Shown here in pieces: positions 18,320-27,801 of a stretch of 64,000 nucleotides of DNA. The notes beneath the pieces were generated by a model. The model ran no database searches, was not told the DNA's origin, and saw nothing but the letters and a program-made list of their open reading frames with translations. Numbering within the stretch: position 1 is the first letter of the stretch; the number at the start of each line of letters is the position of its first letter. The stretch comes from Gloeobacterales cyanobacterium (lineage in GTDB: Bacteria > Cyanobacteriota > Cyanobacteriia > Gloeobacterales > PMM-0068): NCBI GenBank assembly GCA_038245785.1, contig JBBRSB010000016.1, forward strand, positions 1-64,000. The letters run 5' to 3'. The translations under genes and the position numbers were made by a program.

Positions 18320-19150
18320 ATGTTAATTAGAGTCGGGCACGAAATTTCACTTACTTTTTTACAGCCTACGGCGACGGTTCTGATGCTTTACCTCCACCCT
18401 TCGCGTGCGGCAACTATCAGAAAGCCCGAGTGCTTGCAGATAGAACCTTGGACTCCTTTGTCAGAATACCTCGATCTCTATGGAAACCGCTGTGGCCGAA
18501 TCCTCGCTCCATCCGGGCGCGTCGTGTTTCGCAATGATGCAATTGTCGAAGATAGCGGGGAGCCAGACCCACAGATATGGGATGCACCACAGCACAATGT
18601 TGAGAACCTGCCGGATGATGTCCTCCTGTTTTTGCTTGCCAGCCGTTACTGTGAGGTGGACAGTGAGCTAAGAGGGATCGCCAGTACTCTGTTCAGTCAC
18701 ACGCTACCCGGTTGGTCCCGCGTGGTCGAGATCTGCAACTTTGTACACCAGCATATCCGCTTTGACTATATGCAGGCGCGCGCCAATCGAACTGCATTAG
18801 AGACCTTTCATGAAGGCACGGGTGTATGCCGTGATTATATGCATCTGGCGATCACCTTCTGTCGCATTATGGACATCCCGGCGCGCTACTGCACGGGTTA
18901 CCTTGGTGATATTGGCGTACCGCTGGTGGAACCGATGGATTTCAGCGCATGGTTCGAGGTATTTCTCGGCGACCGTTGGTATGCGTTTGACGCGCGCAAC
19001 AATATTCCACGTATCGGTCGCGTGCTCATGGCGCGCGGTCGCGATGCTACTGATGTGGCACTGACAACGACGTTCGGTGCCCATGAATTGAGTTCTTTCA
19101 GCGTCTGGGCTGAGGAAGTCGAGGATGCACTACTTTTGGATGACTCATAA
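18320..19150 (+). CDS. Transglutaminase-like family protein
   Basis: SRYCEVD, GVCRDYMHLAITFCR, PARYCTGYLGDIG, MDFSAWFEV, FDARNN. Confidence 0.93.
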   Translation: MLIRVGHEISLTFLQPTATVLMLYLHPSRAATIRKPECLQIEPWTPLSEYLDLYGNRCGRILAPSGRVVFRNDAIVEDSGEPDPQIWDAPQHNVENLPDDVLLFLLASRYCEVDSELRGIASTLFSHTLPGWSRVVEICNFVHQHIRFDYMQARANRTALETFHEGTGVCRDYMHLAITFCRIMDIPARYCTGYLGDIGVPLVEPMDFSAWFEVFLGDRWYAFDARNNIPRIGRVLMARGRDATDVALTTTFGAHELSSFSVWAEEVEDALLLDDS

Positions 19151-19210
19151 CAAGCCTGCCCATTGGGAAATCAACCCACGCCTCGGAAATTGGTAGTCTC
19201 CAGGTAGGGC

Positions 19211-19435
19211 CTAACGATGACGGTCGAGTGATTGTCTCTCCTCCACTCTAAGAATGTCTGCAATGCGCTCGCCGCTTGTTGCCTTCAAGCACTGAGAATA
19301 CAAAGTGAGCCAGTATTCTCGGTTGGGAGGGGCTTCAACTACAGGGGGCTCGATCTTGGCGATATGAAGCATAAGCTCATATGCCACTCGTTGCGGTGAC
19401 CCGGAATCTGAAATCTTGGTTGGTGCAGCTGCCAT
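19211..19435 (-). CDS. Small hypothetical protein
   Basis: RBS ggaagg; SPQRVAYELMLHIA...REYWLTLYSQCLKA. Confidence 0.65.
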   Translation of the reverse strand: MAAAPTKISDSGSPQRVAYELMLHIAKIEPPVVEAPPNREYWLTLYSQCLKATSGERIADILRVEERQSLDRHR

Positions 19436-19616
19436 GATTTGCGCCTTCCTATTGTGTTGTGTAGTAACTTCTAATTATGCTACGTAGAGCACCATTTATA
19501 TCTTCTCTGTATGCTGCTTTGACCTAGACTGCCAGGCCCTAATTATAGTTTAGCTGCTATTCTGCTGACTCTATAATCCCTTCAAGCCACTTGCAGTTAT
19601 GGAATGGAGCTTCTGT

Positions 19617-20744
19617 TCACATAATGGCCAAAACAAATTCACCTTCATTGAAAGACTGGTTGATGGAGGTGTGGAAAACCAATCCGGCACGGTCCGAGTA
19701 GACGTTTTTAACTGTAGGAAATTTACTCAACTTGTCAAAACTCAAAATTTGATATAAAAGATCGCCTTGCTTAACTGAAGATCCAAGAGCAACTCTAAAT
19801 TGAATCATGCCTCCTACAGGTGACCAGTATTTTTTGATTTGACTCGATGGCCTAGCACTCATGTTGGTACATGTTGGCTGCCCTCGCGAGAAATCTTCTA
19901 TTTTTAACATTCCCTTTTGGATCAAGTAGTTTTTAACTCCATCAACTCCTCTTGAAACTGAGTTTGGGCTCATTTCCATGCCAGTACCGAGTTCTAGAGT
20001 ATATGCTTCGACATCAAATAAGATTGGTTTGTCTAATTTAGATAAGGCACTTTCTAGGGCTAGCCAAGGCTTCATGAATGCCTCATCAAAAGCATCTCCA
20101 TCATAATCATCAAGCATGATACCGTGTTCAAGCAAGAACAGTCTTGCACTTTCTTCACGATCTCGAAAGTAATATAAATACTTTATTCCATAGTCAGTGT
20201 TGCTATGCAAATCAATCAAGTAATCAGCATCCACACAGAGAGATTGAAGTTTGTGAGCGAACTTATCCGTTAACTGGACACTACCAGGAGCATCAATTTT
20301 TGTTTGGATTTGTTCGAAGCTGGCTTTAATTTTTTGTCTATAATTCTGCTTTATAGCATCGGGTTCGAGGTTAATTTGAGACTTGGCAAATTCTTCTAAG
20401 TCTTTACAAACTTTCTCGAAATCCCAATAAATGCGGTTCCAGTCTTTTCCATCATAAGCATGATAACGTCCCGTAGCAAACCGATGAGAACGCTGATTTG
20501 TCGCCAAAGGATTACAGACTGGAACAAGCCAAATTTCCCCTGTTAAAAGTTCTTGGTCAAGAGCATTAAAAAATTCAATTAGTTGATGAATAACGGCATT
20601 GCCAACAATTTCTGCACCATGTAGATTAGCTTGTACATATACTTTCTTCCCACTGGCATTACCAGAGAATTTATAGACCCTAATAGACAGGTAATCGCCA
20701 GAAGCAAGTTGTAGTAGGGGAATGGTCTCAACCTGGGGAATCAT
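19617..20744 (-). CDS. Succinylglutamate desuccinylase/aspartoacylase (M14) family protein
   Basis: QANLHGAE, PVCNP, DWNR, IDLHS, TLELG. Confidence 0.9.
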   Translation of the reverse strand: MIPQVETIPLLQLASGDYLSIRVYKFSGNASGKKVYVQANLHGAEIVGNAVIHQLIEFFNALDQELLTGEIWLVPVCNPLATNQRSHRFATGRYHAYDGKDWNRIYWDFEKVCKDLEEFAKSQINLEPDAIKQNYRQKIKASFEQIQTKIDAPGSVQLTDKFAHKLQSLCVDADYLIDLHSNTDYGIKYLYYFRDREESARLFLLEHGIMLDDYDGDAFDEAFMKPWLALESALSKLDKPILFDVEAYTLELGTGMEMSPNSVSRGVDGVKNYLIQKGMLKIEDFSRGQPTCTNMSARPSSQIKKYWSPVGGMIQFRVALGSSVKQGDLLYQILSFDKLSKFPTVKNVYSDRAGLVFHTSINQSFNEGEFVLAIM

Positions 20745-20873
20745 ATTAATCCTAGTTGTGAATTTTCTGATTTACAGATAGTTAGCAAATACTAAAATAG
20801 TTCTTGTCCTTACTCCAAACTTTTGTCAGAGGCATTAAGTTTACACACCGACTCAATCATTAGGCTTCTTTGT

Positions 20874-21431
20874 CTAGCGTACAAGCTGTTGAAGTCGGGC
20901 AATTTCAGCCAGCACATCTTCAGGCTTGGTTTCCATTTCCAGATCTGCGAGTTCGCTATCTTCATCATTGTTGATGCCCATTTTGTCTTGAATCGCATCG
21001 AGCATTTGAAGCACCCGCGTCACTTCATGTTCAGTCAGCAAAGCGATTTGCAAATTTAAGTTGGCGCGGTTCTCGGATTCTTCGCTGAGGCGGTTCTGAC
21101 TAATCAGGACAAAGGTGGACAGAAAAATTGCTTCCAGGGACACGACCAGCGTTAAGAATCCGTAGGGAAAGGGGTCAAACGGAGCTATCCCAAATAGCTT
21201 TGTATTCAGTAGGATCCATGCCCCGAACCAGATGACATGAACATAGACAAACACCATTTGCCCTGAAAACTTGGTGATGCCATCTGAAATCTGGTCTTGC
21301 AACCCTCGCGCACGAGCCGCTTTGAGGCGAAGGCGAATAATGGTGCGAATATTACGCTCGATCACTTTAGACAGGAGTGGATTGTCTGCTTCGTCAGTTC
21401 TGTCGTCTGGGTTCAAACGGCTCTGGTACAT
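20874..21431 (-). CDS. DUF1003 membrane protein
   Basis: PFDPFPYGFLTLVVSLEAIFLSTFVLISQNR. Confidence 0.92.
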   Translation of the reverse strand: MYQSRLNPDDRTDEADNPLLSKVIERNIRTIIRLRLKAARARGLQDQISDGITKFSGQMVFVYVHVIWFGAWILLNTKLFGIAPFDPFPYGFLTLVVSLEAIFLSTFVLISQNRLSEESENRANLNLQIALLTEHEVTRVLQMLDAIQDKMGINNDEDSELADLEMETKPEDVLAEIARLQQLVR

Positions 21432-21666
21432 GGAAATGTTGCCCTCCGATTTGCTTCAGTGTCCCGTTCGATAAACTGTTCATCGAACAAGCTGTATTCG
21501 CACAATATTGCTCGGTCTGCTTTCTTGTTTCACCGATTGCAACTTCTGCTGACGGCAGAGGTGGAGTCGTCTACGTCTTTCTTTTTGTCAGAAGTCCAAT
21601 CTAGAAGTGCTTGACTTTCGATACTGAATCTTCCGTTCTTTCACCCCAGCACTACGTGTCATAAAA

Positions 21667-21706
21667 CCGGGGGCAACCGCAGATCAAGATCAGCCGCTAC
21701 CCCCGG
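21667..21706 (-). terminator. GC-rich hairpin, probable terminator of 21744-22361
   Basis: ccggggg...cccccgg arms followed by tttt on the minus strand. Confidence 0.5.
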
Positions 21707-21743
21707 CTTCGGTTCGCTGTCTTGACAGTGGTCCTTAGCGGAG

Positions 21744-22361
21744 TTATTTAACAGGGGCCTGGTGCTCAGCTGGCTTCTGCATTTCGACAGCTTTATCGTA
21801 GGCTGCTTTAACTATAGAAGCCATGTCCCTAGGGCCACTTAGTTCGCTCGCCTGCTGCTCGCTTTGAATACCTTTGCTCCAGGCGGTAGCTGCTTCGGAC
21901 TCAGGGAGATGACCAATTGGTTCCGACTTGGGACCGTTGTTTCCGGCGTCCTTCACTTCCTTGATAGCTTCGATCCTACCTTCGGCCTGCTCAATGAGAT
22001 CATCAGCACGCTCTTTAGTCTGCTCTATAAGGTCAGTAGCACGCTCTTTAGCTTGCCCAATAAATTCTGCAGCGTGCTCTTTGGTGCTCTGGACCGCTCC
22101 CCTTGCTTGCTCGACTGGGTCCTCGCCCCTTAGAGCTTTGGCAGCAACCGCACCGACTGCCGCGCCGACCACTGCGCCGACTCGGCCGCCAGTCAGCCCG
22201 CCGACCGCCGCCCCAATCAATCCGCCCACGACACTACTTAAGGACCCAGGCTTTTGTGGCTGCTGGCCATGCTCATCCTGCACGTTAGAAATTTCTGTCC
22301 GCTGATCCTTCTGACCTTGCTCGCCAGCTTTATCTAGATTTTGCTTCTTTTCGACGTCCAT
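21744..22361 (-). CDS. Glycine-zipper plus 11-mer helical repeat (LEA/YtxH-like) protein
   Basis: GGLIGAAVGGLTGGRVGAVVGAAVG; repeats KEHAAEFIGQA / KERATDLIEQT / KERADDLIEQA; RBS aggaaagg. Confidence 0.8.
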   Translation of the reverse strand: MDVEKKQNLDKAGEQGQKDQRTEISNVQDEHGQQPQKPGSLSSVVGGLIGAAVGGLTGGRVGAVVGAAVGAVAAKALRGEDPVEQARGAVQSTKEHAAEFIGQAKERATDLIEQTKERADDLIEQAEGRIEAIKEVKDAGNNGPKSEPIGHLPESEAATAWSKGIQSEQQASELSGPRDMASIVKAAYDKAVEMQKPAEHQAPVK

Positions 22362-22570
22362 GAGTTCGTACCTTTCCTATCAACCAAACCGTTTGTGCAG
22401 CTCGGTAGAAGCGAATACACTCTTAAGTTTAGCGATTGTCAATGGGCTGGACATCCGCCCCAGGAGTGAGATTCACGTGATAATGCGCAACAAACGCAGC
22501 TAACTAGATAGCCAGTAGGTAGCTGAGGAACCGACCTAGCCTTTACCTTCTTACGCTGTGTAGCCCTACT

Positions 22571-22708
22571 AAAGGTAAGAGCTTCACCAGTATTGATGCC
22601 TTGATGGCAGACTTAAATGCGGACGATTGAACGTTCATCAGCTTTCAAGCATGATTACAAGCGAGTGAAGATAACACTACGTCACAGCAAAGACTTGGAT
22701 TCACTATT
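22571..22708 (+). pseudogene. Partial diverged copy of the dinJ/yafQ junction
   Basis: Aligns by eye to about 28925-29062 (KGKSF.SIDALM.DLNADD* / MRTIERSSAFK.DYKRVK.T.RHSKDLD); truncated at both ends. Confidence 0.85.
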
Positions 22709-23107
22709 CGCAAAGAAAACATTAGGTGACACGTGGAAGTACTCCGCAAGTTTCTGGATATGCTCAACGGTAAGATTGCGATCTCCGTGCAGTATTGCAG
22801 ACACAATGGATTCAGTCTTAAAGATAGGAACCAAGTCCTTCTGTCGAAGCTCATGCTCTTCGATGAGAACCTTCAGTAGCTCGACTCCATAAATATCAGG
22901 AATAGGGTGATGAATCTGTTCATACTCATGAATAAGCGTACCGAGCACATTGATGTACTCACGCTCTTCTTGCCCCAGCGTTCCTTGATCCAGTATTGAA
23001 TTAACTGCCTCTTGTGCTTGTTTCAATTCTTCCTCCGATCTGATAGGCCGGGGAGGGAATTCTAAAAGCAGTTCTGCGTATCTGCTATCGCTTAAACCAA
23101 GTGTCAT
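22682..23107 (-). CDS. higA: HigA-type HTH antitoxin (orphan)
   Basis: FPPRPIRSEEE...LGTLIHEYE...LRQKDLVPIFKTESIVSAILHGDRNLTVEHIQKLAEYFHVSP; ATG at 23107. Confidence 0.85.
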   Translation of the reverse strand: MTLGLSDSRYAELLLEFPPRPIRSEEELKQAQEAVNSILDQGTLGQEEREYINVLGTLIHEYEQIHHPIPDIYGVELLKVLIEEHELRQKDLVPIFKTESIVSAILHGDRNLTVEHIQKLAEYFHVSPNVFFANSESKSLL

Positions 23108-23138
23108 TTCTCTTCCATTTTTCCTTGTCATATTCTGC
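23085..23138 (-). pseudogene. C-terminal remnant of HigB toxin
   Basis: Translates AEYDKEKWKRNDTWFKR*, resembling the (TH)AEYDK..W end of HigB; overlaps the higA start. Confidence 0.65.
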
Positions 23139-23168
23139 TAGCGCCAAAGCCTCTTATCTTAGCTGTAT

Positions 23169-23206
23169 ATTTAACCATAGTTATATTTATGTGACCATGG
23201 TTAAAT
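23169..23206. promoter_or_regulatory. TA autoregulatory operator
   Basis: Perfect 10-bp inverted repeat atttaaccat...atggttaaat upstream of the Phd gene. Confidence 0.65.
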
Positions 23207-23236
23207 AAAGGTAGGACTCATGCTTGGAGGTATTGG

Positions 23237-23464
23237 ATGCAAGTTGGAGCTGGTCAGTTCAAATCCCAATGTCTCAAATTAATGGATCAGGTTCAGCAAA
23301 CTCGTGAGGAGATTGTCATCACGAAACATGGTAAGCCTGTCGCAAAATTGGTTCCGATTCAGGAAGCTCATGCGGACTCCATCATTGGTTTTATGAAAGG
23401 CTCCGTTCAGGTTACTGGAGATATTATTGCTCCCCTGGATGAAGAATGGGAGGTATTGCAATAG
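23237..23464 (+). CDS. Phd/YefM family antitoxin
   Basis: MQVGAGQFKSQCLKLMDQV...IVITKHGKPVAKLVP. Confidence 0.92.
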   Translation: MQVGAGQFKSQCLKLMDQVQQTREEIVITKHGKPVAKLVPIQEAHADSIIGFMKGSVQVTGDIIAPLDEEWEVLQ

Positions 23465-23886
23465 TGGCGGCCGAGTTGTTGGTTTTGGATACGCATATCT
23501 GGATCTGGGCGATCAATGGCAATGAGGAGCGCTTATCCCAACAATGTCTAGAGGCAATAAAGCAGGCAGGAGCGAACGGTTGTTTAGGAGTTTCAGCGAT
23601 CTCTGTTTGGGAAGTGGGGATGTTGGAGTCGAAGGGCAGAGTCCATTTCCAAAAAGTGTGCATGGATTGGGTAAGAGATGCTCTGTCAGCGCCAGGTTTG
23701 CGACTTATTCCGCTCACACCGGAAATAGCAATCGAGAGTTCGCGCTTACCAGGAACCCTGCATGGAGATCCAGCAGACCGAATGCTGGCTGCGACCGCTC
23801 GGATCCTGGGTGCAACGTTGGTGACAAAGGATCGACAATTACTTGACTATGGTGCTCAATCCTATATTTCTGTGGTGAAAGGATAG
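23464..23886 (+). CDS. vapC: VapC/PIN toxin
   Basis: LDTHIWIW, SAISVWE, HGDPADR, TLVTKD; GTG start overlapping the antitoxin stop. Confidence 0.92.
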   Translation: MAAELLVLDTHIWIWAINGNEERLSQQCLEAIKQAGANGCLGVSAISVWEVGMLESKGRVHFQKVCMDWVRDALSAPGLRLIPLTPEIAIESSRLPGTLHGDPADRMLAATARILGATLVTKDRQLLDYGAQSYISVVKG

Positions 23887-23911
23887 TCGTAAAAGTACCC
23901 TGAGTAGTGAT

Positions 23912-24253
23912 TTAACGTTTTTCAATAGGCTGAAAATCATCCACTTCAATGCGCCACCAGATTAAACGGGCGGTGACGGCGACAAGGAGAAATCCGACTA
24001 GAAAAGCAAGGAATAGGTTAAATCCGAATAAATTCAGCCCGGCAATCATCAGGGCTAAAGTACCCCCTGCTACGCCAAGAAAAGGAACGAGCATCATACT
24101 GCGGTTAGCCACGCGGTCTCGCAGATAGAACTTTCCGCATTCTTGCATGGTGTATCCGCAGGCTAAGCAAGCAACAAAGGCTGCGATAAAAAGGAACACG
24201 GGCGGCTCTACCAACCCTGCCTGGGCAAGTAAAGCAAAATTGCTGAGAAACAT
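23912..24253 (-). CDS. Small membrane protein, hypothetical
   Basis: Three hydrophobic segments; EPP motif as in a conserved cyanobacterial family. Confidence 0.75.
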   Translation of the reverse strand: MFLSNFALLAQAGLVEPPVFLFIAAFVACLACGYTMQECGKFYLRDRVANRSMMLVPFLGVAGGTLALMIAGLNLFGFNLFLAFLVGFLLVAVTARLIWWRIEVDDFQPIEKR

Positions 24254-24370
24254 AGCGAGGGTTCTTTACAAAAAGTAATTATTCCCTATTGTGCCATGAC
24301 AAGCGAGATTCGGGGAAAGCGAGACCAAGTTGGGTAATCTACATCTAGATCATGCTTTTTTGTATACCTT

Positions 24371-25096
24371 GTGAATTCAAACTATCGCCTGCGCATTTGT
24401 GACTTGCCCAGCACGGAACGTCCTCGTGAACGTCTCTTGGAAGCGGGTCCCAGAAATCTTTCCACAGGCGAACTGATTGCCATTCTTTTGGGCACAGGTC
24501 AGGGACCGGGCAAACTCTCCGCCGTTGGACTCGCGCACTTATTGCTGAATGAACTGGGCAGAGGCAGTAAAGATCCGCTATCGGCCCTAAGAGAAGCGAG
24601 TCCTCAGCAATTGATGGAAATCGATGGCATTGGTCCGGCAAAGGGGGCAACGATTTTGGCGGCGATTGAGTTAGGGCGCAGAACATTTCTCAACCGTCCT
24701 CTGGATCGCCCGATTATTGATGGGCCTGAAACCGCTCATCTTATTTTTCAATCAGAGTTAGCTTTTCAACCCCAAGAACGCTTCATGGTCTTACTGCTAG
24801 ATATCAAGAACCGCGTGATGGCAACGCATTTAGTTTCTCTAGGAACCGCTGATGAAACGCTTGCCATTCCCCGTGATGTGTTTCGAGAAGCAGTTCGTCA
24901 GGGAGCAGTAGCGATTATTGCTGGTCATAATCATCCCTCTGGAGACAGCACGCCCAGTCCTGAAGATGTCGTCCTAACCCGTCAACTGCTGAAAGCATCA
25001 CAAATTCTCGGCGTTTCTCTCTTAGATCACTTGGTCATTGGGCAGGATTGCTTTACGAGCCTTAGACGCACTACCGATGTATGGGCAGGAGTTTGA
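24371..25096 (+). CDS. radC: RadC family protein (HhH + JAB)
   Basis: ERPRERLL, GIGPAKG, HNHPSGDSTPSPED, LLDHLVIG. Confidence 0.95.
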   Translation: MNSNYRLRICDLPSTERPRERLLEAGPRNLSTGELIAILLGTGQGPGKLSAVGLAHLLLNELGRGSKDPLSALREASPQQLMEIDGIGPAKGATILAAIELGRRTFLNRPLDRPIIDGPETAHLIFQSELAFQPQERFMVLLLDIKNRVMATHLVSLGTADETLAIPRDVFREAVRQGAVAIIAGHNHPSGDSTPSPEDVVLTRQLLKASQILGVSLLDHLVIGQDCFTSLRRTTDVWAGV

Positions 25097-25098
25097 AA

Positions 25099-25659
25099 TT
25101 ATCCCAATATCTGAACCAGGTCAAAGTTAATATCAGGAAAAGCTTGTGCTGAAATGGTTTGATTTCGTTGAAATCTCTGAGTGCTCTTATAACTATCCGC
25201 TGAAGGTTCTCGATAAATTTCAATAGCTAGGCCATTAAGATCTACTAGCCAAACTTCGGGAATACCCACGCTTGCATAGAGTGAAGTTTTTATACTCCGG
25301 TCAAATTCAAGGGTAGTATCCGCAACTTCCACTAAGAGCAACATATCTTGGGATTGAGGATGTCCCATTTCGTAATAATCTGCACGAAGTTGAACTATGG
25401 CTATGTCCGGCTGGGGTTCAGAACGCTCGCCTAGGGATAGGGGATTCTGAACTCGGATAAGCGCCTGTTCTCCTAGAAATCGGTTCAGTAGTCTGTTGAG
25501 ACGGTCAACACAGGCTGCATGGCGACTACCAATTGGAGCCATCTCAATAATTTCTCCATCGATGAGTTCAACATGATCGTCCGCCGTAAGGATATTGGCC
25601 GCACTCATTTGGTGATATTGCTGAACAGTAAAACGCCTTTTGGGGAGTTGAGCGAACAT
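25099..25659 (-). CDS. Uma2 family endonuclease
   Basis: RFTVQQY, VELIDGEI, SEPQPD, LLVEVADTT, YASVGIPEVWLVDL. Confidence 0.92.
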   Translation of the reverse strand: MFAQLPKRRFTVQQYHQMSAANILTADDHVELIDGEIIEMAPIGSRHAACVDRLNRLLNRFLGEQALIRVQNPLSLGERSEPQPDIAIVQLRADYYEMGHPQSQDMLLLVEVADTTLEFDRSIKTSLYASVGIPEVWLVDLNGLAIEIYREPSADSYKSTQRFQRNQTISAQAFPDINFDLVQILG

Positions 25660-25791
25660 AGTGCCCCATTGTCTAACGATGATTCAATAATATGCGAGTG
25701 CGTCTGTACATTCACCCACGCAGATAAAAAAGTTTTGGAGTTCATTCCTCCATGAATTCTAGGGAACTAGAATCACGAGGCCAATTTAGCT

Positions 25792-26343
25792 TTAGATTTG
25801 TTTATTCGGCAAGTTTAGGATGGATACCAAGTCTTGCATCATGCCTTGATCAATACTAAGCATTTGTCTTAGATCGCTAACGCTTCGATCGAGATATTCT
25901 CTAAACTCAATCTGATGTAAGTTTTTGTGCTTAAGTTTTTTACCATAGGCAATACTCTAGTCAAAATACTTTAACGTTTGCCTGTCATGCACGCGAAAGA
26001 CACCAGGATAGAGATATTGAGCGCAAAACTTCCAGAACTTCTCGTGACAGGGTTTCAAGTTCTCGTCATTGCCCATAGCTACGCCAATTACAAAACATTC
26101 ATCATGGCTTTGAAGACCACGTCCTAAGAGAATATGAAGGCAGTCGTGATTGAATAAATCCATAGCTCCTGAAAGCGAAAATCTACTTTTTGGGTTCTCG
26201 AATAGTTGGACTAAAGGGCTAATTTGATCCTGGCTGAATCCAGGTAGCCTGTTTAAAGCGTCAGATAATAGCTGCTCATCATTGACCAGTTCAGGATTCC
26301 AATCATTCTGTGCGCTTTGTTCGGTGATATTCATAAGTCTCAT
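25792..26343 (-). pseudogene. Coq4-like (HDxxH) protein interrupted by an in-frame TAG
   Basis: HDCLHILLG...DE motif; frame stays open past the TAG at 25957-25959 (SIAYGKKLK...EYLDRSVSDLRQMLSID) to a TAA at 25792. Confidence 0.65.
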
Positions 26344-26399
26344 TTTGAATCAGAAAATTTTCTGATTGCCAAACCTTGTAACCTAAAGGAATGCTGCAA

Positions 26400-26648
26400 T
26401 CAATGGTGAAGAATTTCTATAGCTAGATCATAAACTTCATTAGGCCATAGGCATAGATTAAACAAATTATGTTTGATGGTGCCTTTGTTTGAGTCGTCCT
26501 CTGCACTAATGGCGTCTCCTAATGCATTTCGATGCACTAGATAGGTAACACCGCGATAGTTCAACTTATAAGGAGATTGGCGAATGGGACGCTCAGGAGC
26601 TTTAGCAGGATCGTAGTTGTAGTGCTGGCCGCGATAGATAAGTTCCAT
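26400..26648 (-). CDS. DUF4278 family protein
   Basis: MELIYRGQHY...KLNYRGVTY duplicated YRG motif. Confidence 0.8.
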   Translation of the reverse strand: MELIYRGQHYNYDPAKAPERPIRQSPYKLNYRGVTYLVHRNALGDAISAEDDSNKGTIKHNLFNLCLWPNEVYDLAIEILHH

Positions 26649-27045
26649 AGTTTACCTTTTGGATAGTTGTAGGGGTTTGTGTATATATTGAGCATTGGTG
26701 CTAGTAACAAGGGTCGTGTTGCAAAAAATTAATTTGAATAAAAATTGATTTCAATTGGATTTTGAACGAGAAGAAAAGCCTTTCTGCTCCGAAAATGAAT
26801 TAATATCTAATTTTTAGAAACGTCTGACTTACCTATTCAGTAAAAACTACTGGTTACTGAGTTGAGGCCTGAGATTAACTAACTTATTTCTGACTTGTGA
26901 CTACTTTTGTTATGACTTTTAATGTTTAAGATTTGGACAGTCTCCATGAGGCTATTGCCAGTCGGGCATTAACTTGACAATACAGTGGCGAGCAGTCGAT
27001 AAAAATGGCTTCATCGATATCTTGATTCGCACACTTCCACTAAGA

Positions 27046-27072
27046 AAGTGATATGATAAACTGATATCATTT
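27046..27072. promoter_or_regulatory. Putative hicAB operator
   Basis: aagtgatat...atatcattt imperfect inverted repeat just upstream of hicA. Confidence 0.5.
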
Positions 27073-27080
27073 AGGGCCCT

Positions 27081-27362
27081 ATGAAACTGAATAGGAAACA
27101 AGCGAAAACGCTCAAAGCGATTTTCGAGAATCCTGTTCGTGCAGATATGCTGTGGACTGATATCGTCCGCCTGTTGGAATCACTGGGTGCCGAGGTGACT
27201 CAAGGACGCGGCTCACGAGTGCGGGTTCATCTTAGGGGTGTACGTGCCGTCTTTCATGAGCCTCACCCTGAAAAGGAAACGGATAAAGGCGCACTAAGGT
27301 CCGTGCGAGAATTTCTGGAAAACGCTGGAATTACGGAGAGAGAAGACGATGCTGACTTATAA
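27081..27362 (+). CDS. hicA: HicA family toxin
   Basis: GAEVTQGRGSRVRV...FHEPHPEKE. Confidence 0.92.
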   Translation: MKLNRKQAKTLKAIFENPVRADMLWTDIVRLLESLGAEVTQGRGSRVRVHLRGVRAVFHEPHPEKETDKGALRSVREFLENAGITEREDDADL

Positions 27363-27720
27363 GGGGTACAACGGACTGCTAGAGGTCGATACAGAAGCGG
27401 GCATTCTCTTTGGTCGGGTCCTTGACCTTCGGGATGTAATCACCTTCAAAGGTCGGACGGTGGAAGAAGCGGTGCAAGCCTTTCATGATTCGATCGAGGA
27501 GTATCTAGAGTTTTGTCAGGAACGCGGAGAGGAGCCGAACAAGCCGTTTTCAGGCAAGGTTCCGTTTCGGACGACGCCAGATCGCCATCGGCAGGTATAT
27601 ATCGCTGCACGAAAAGCGGGGAAAAGCCTCAATGCCTGGATGGATGACGTGTTAGGGAAAGCGGCTGCAGAAGCATTGGCGGAACGTTCAGTAGAACGTC
27701 GATCGGACTCCCTCAAATAG
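27349..27720 (+). CDS. hicB: HicB family antitoxin
   Basis: MLTYKGY...DVITFKG...FHDSIEEYL...KPFSGK...KSLNAW. Confidence 0.93.
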   Translation: MLTYKGYNGLLEVDTEAGILFGRVLDLRDVITFKGRTVEEAVQAFHDSIEEYLEFCQERGEEPNKPFSGKVPFRTTPDRHRQVYIAARKAGKSLNAWMDDVLGKAAAEALAERSVERRSDSLK

Positions 27721-27801
27721 CAAACCTTTGACCTCCAAGCTCAACTGCTCGACCTGATCAATGATGTATATGAAATGCTTTTGGAGACGCAGACTTCCAA
27801 T

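Noticed and set aside
22617..22892. Intact second YafQ toxin (ORF track, 91 aa)
   Set aside because: Only the first 30 or so codons are YafQ-like; the rest is antisense to higA
26649..26900. Glutamine riboswitch upstream of DUF4278
   Set aside because: A CGTTCA is present but the GGAAGTA/GAAGGAACG elements are missing
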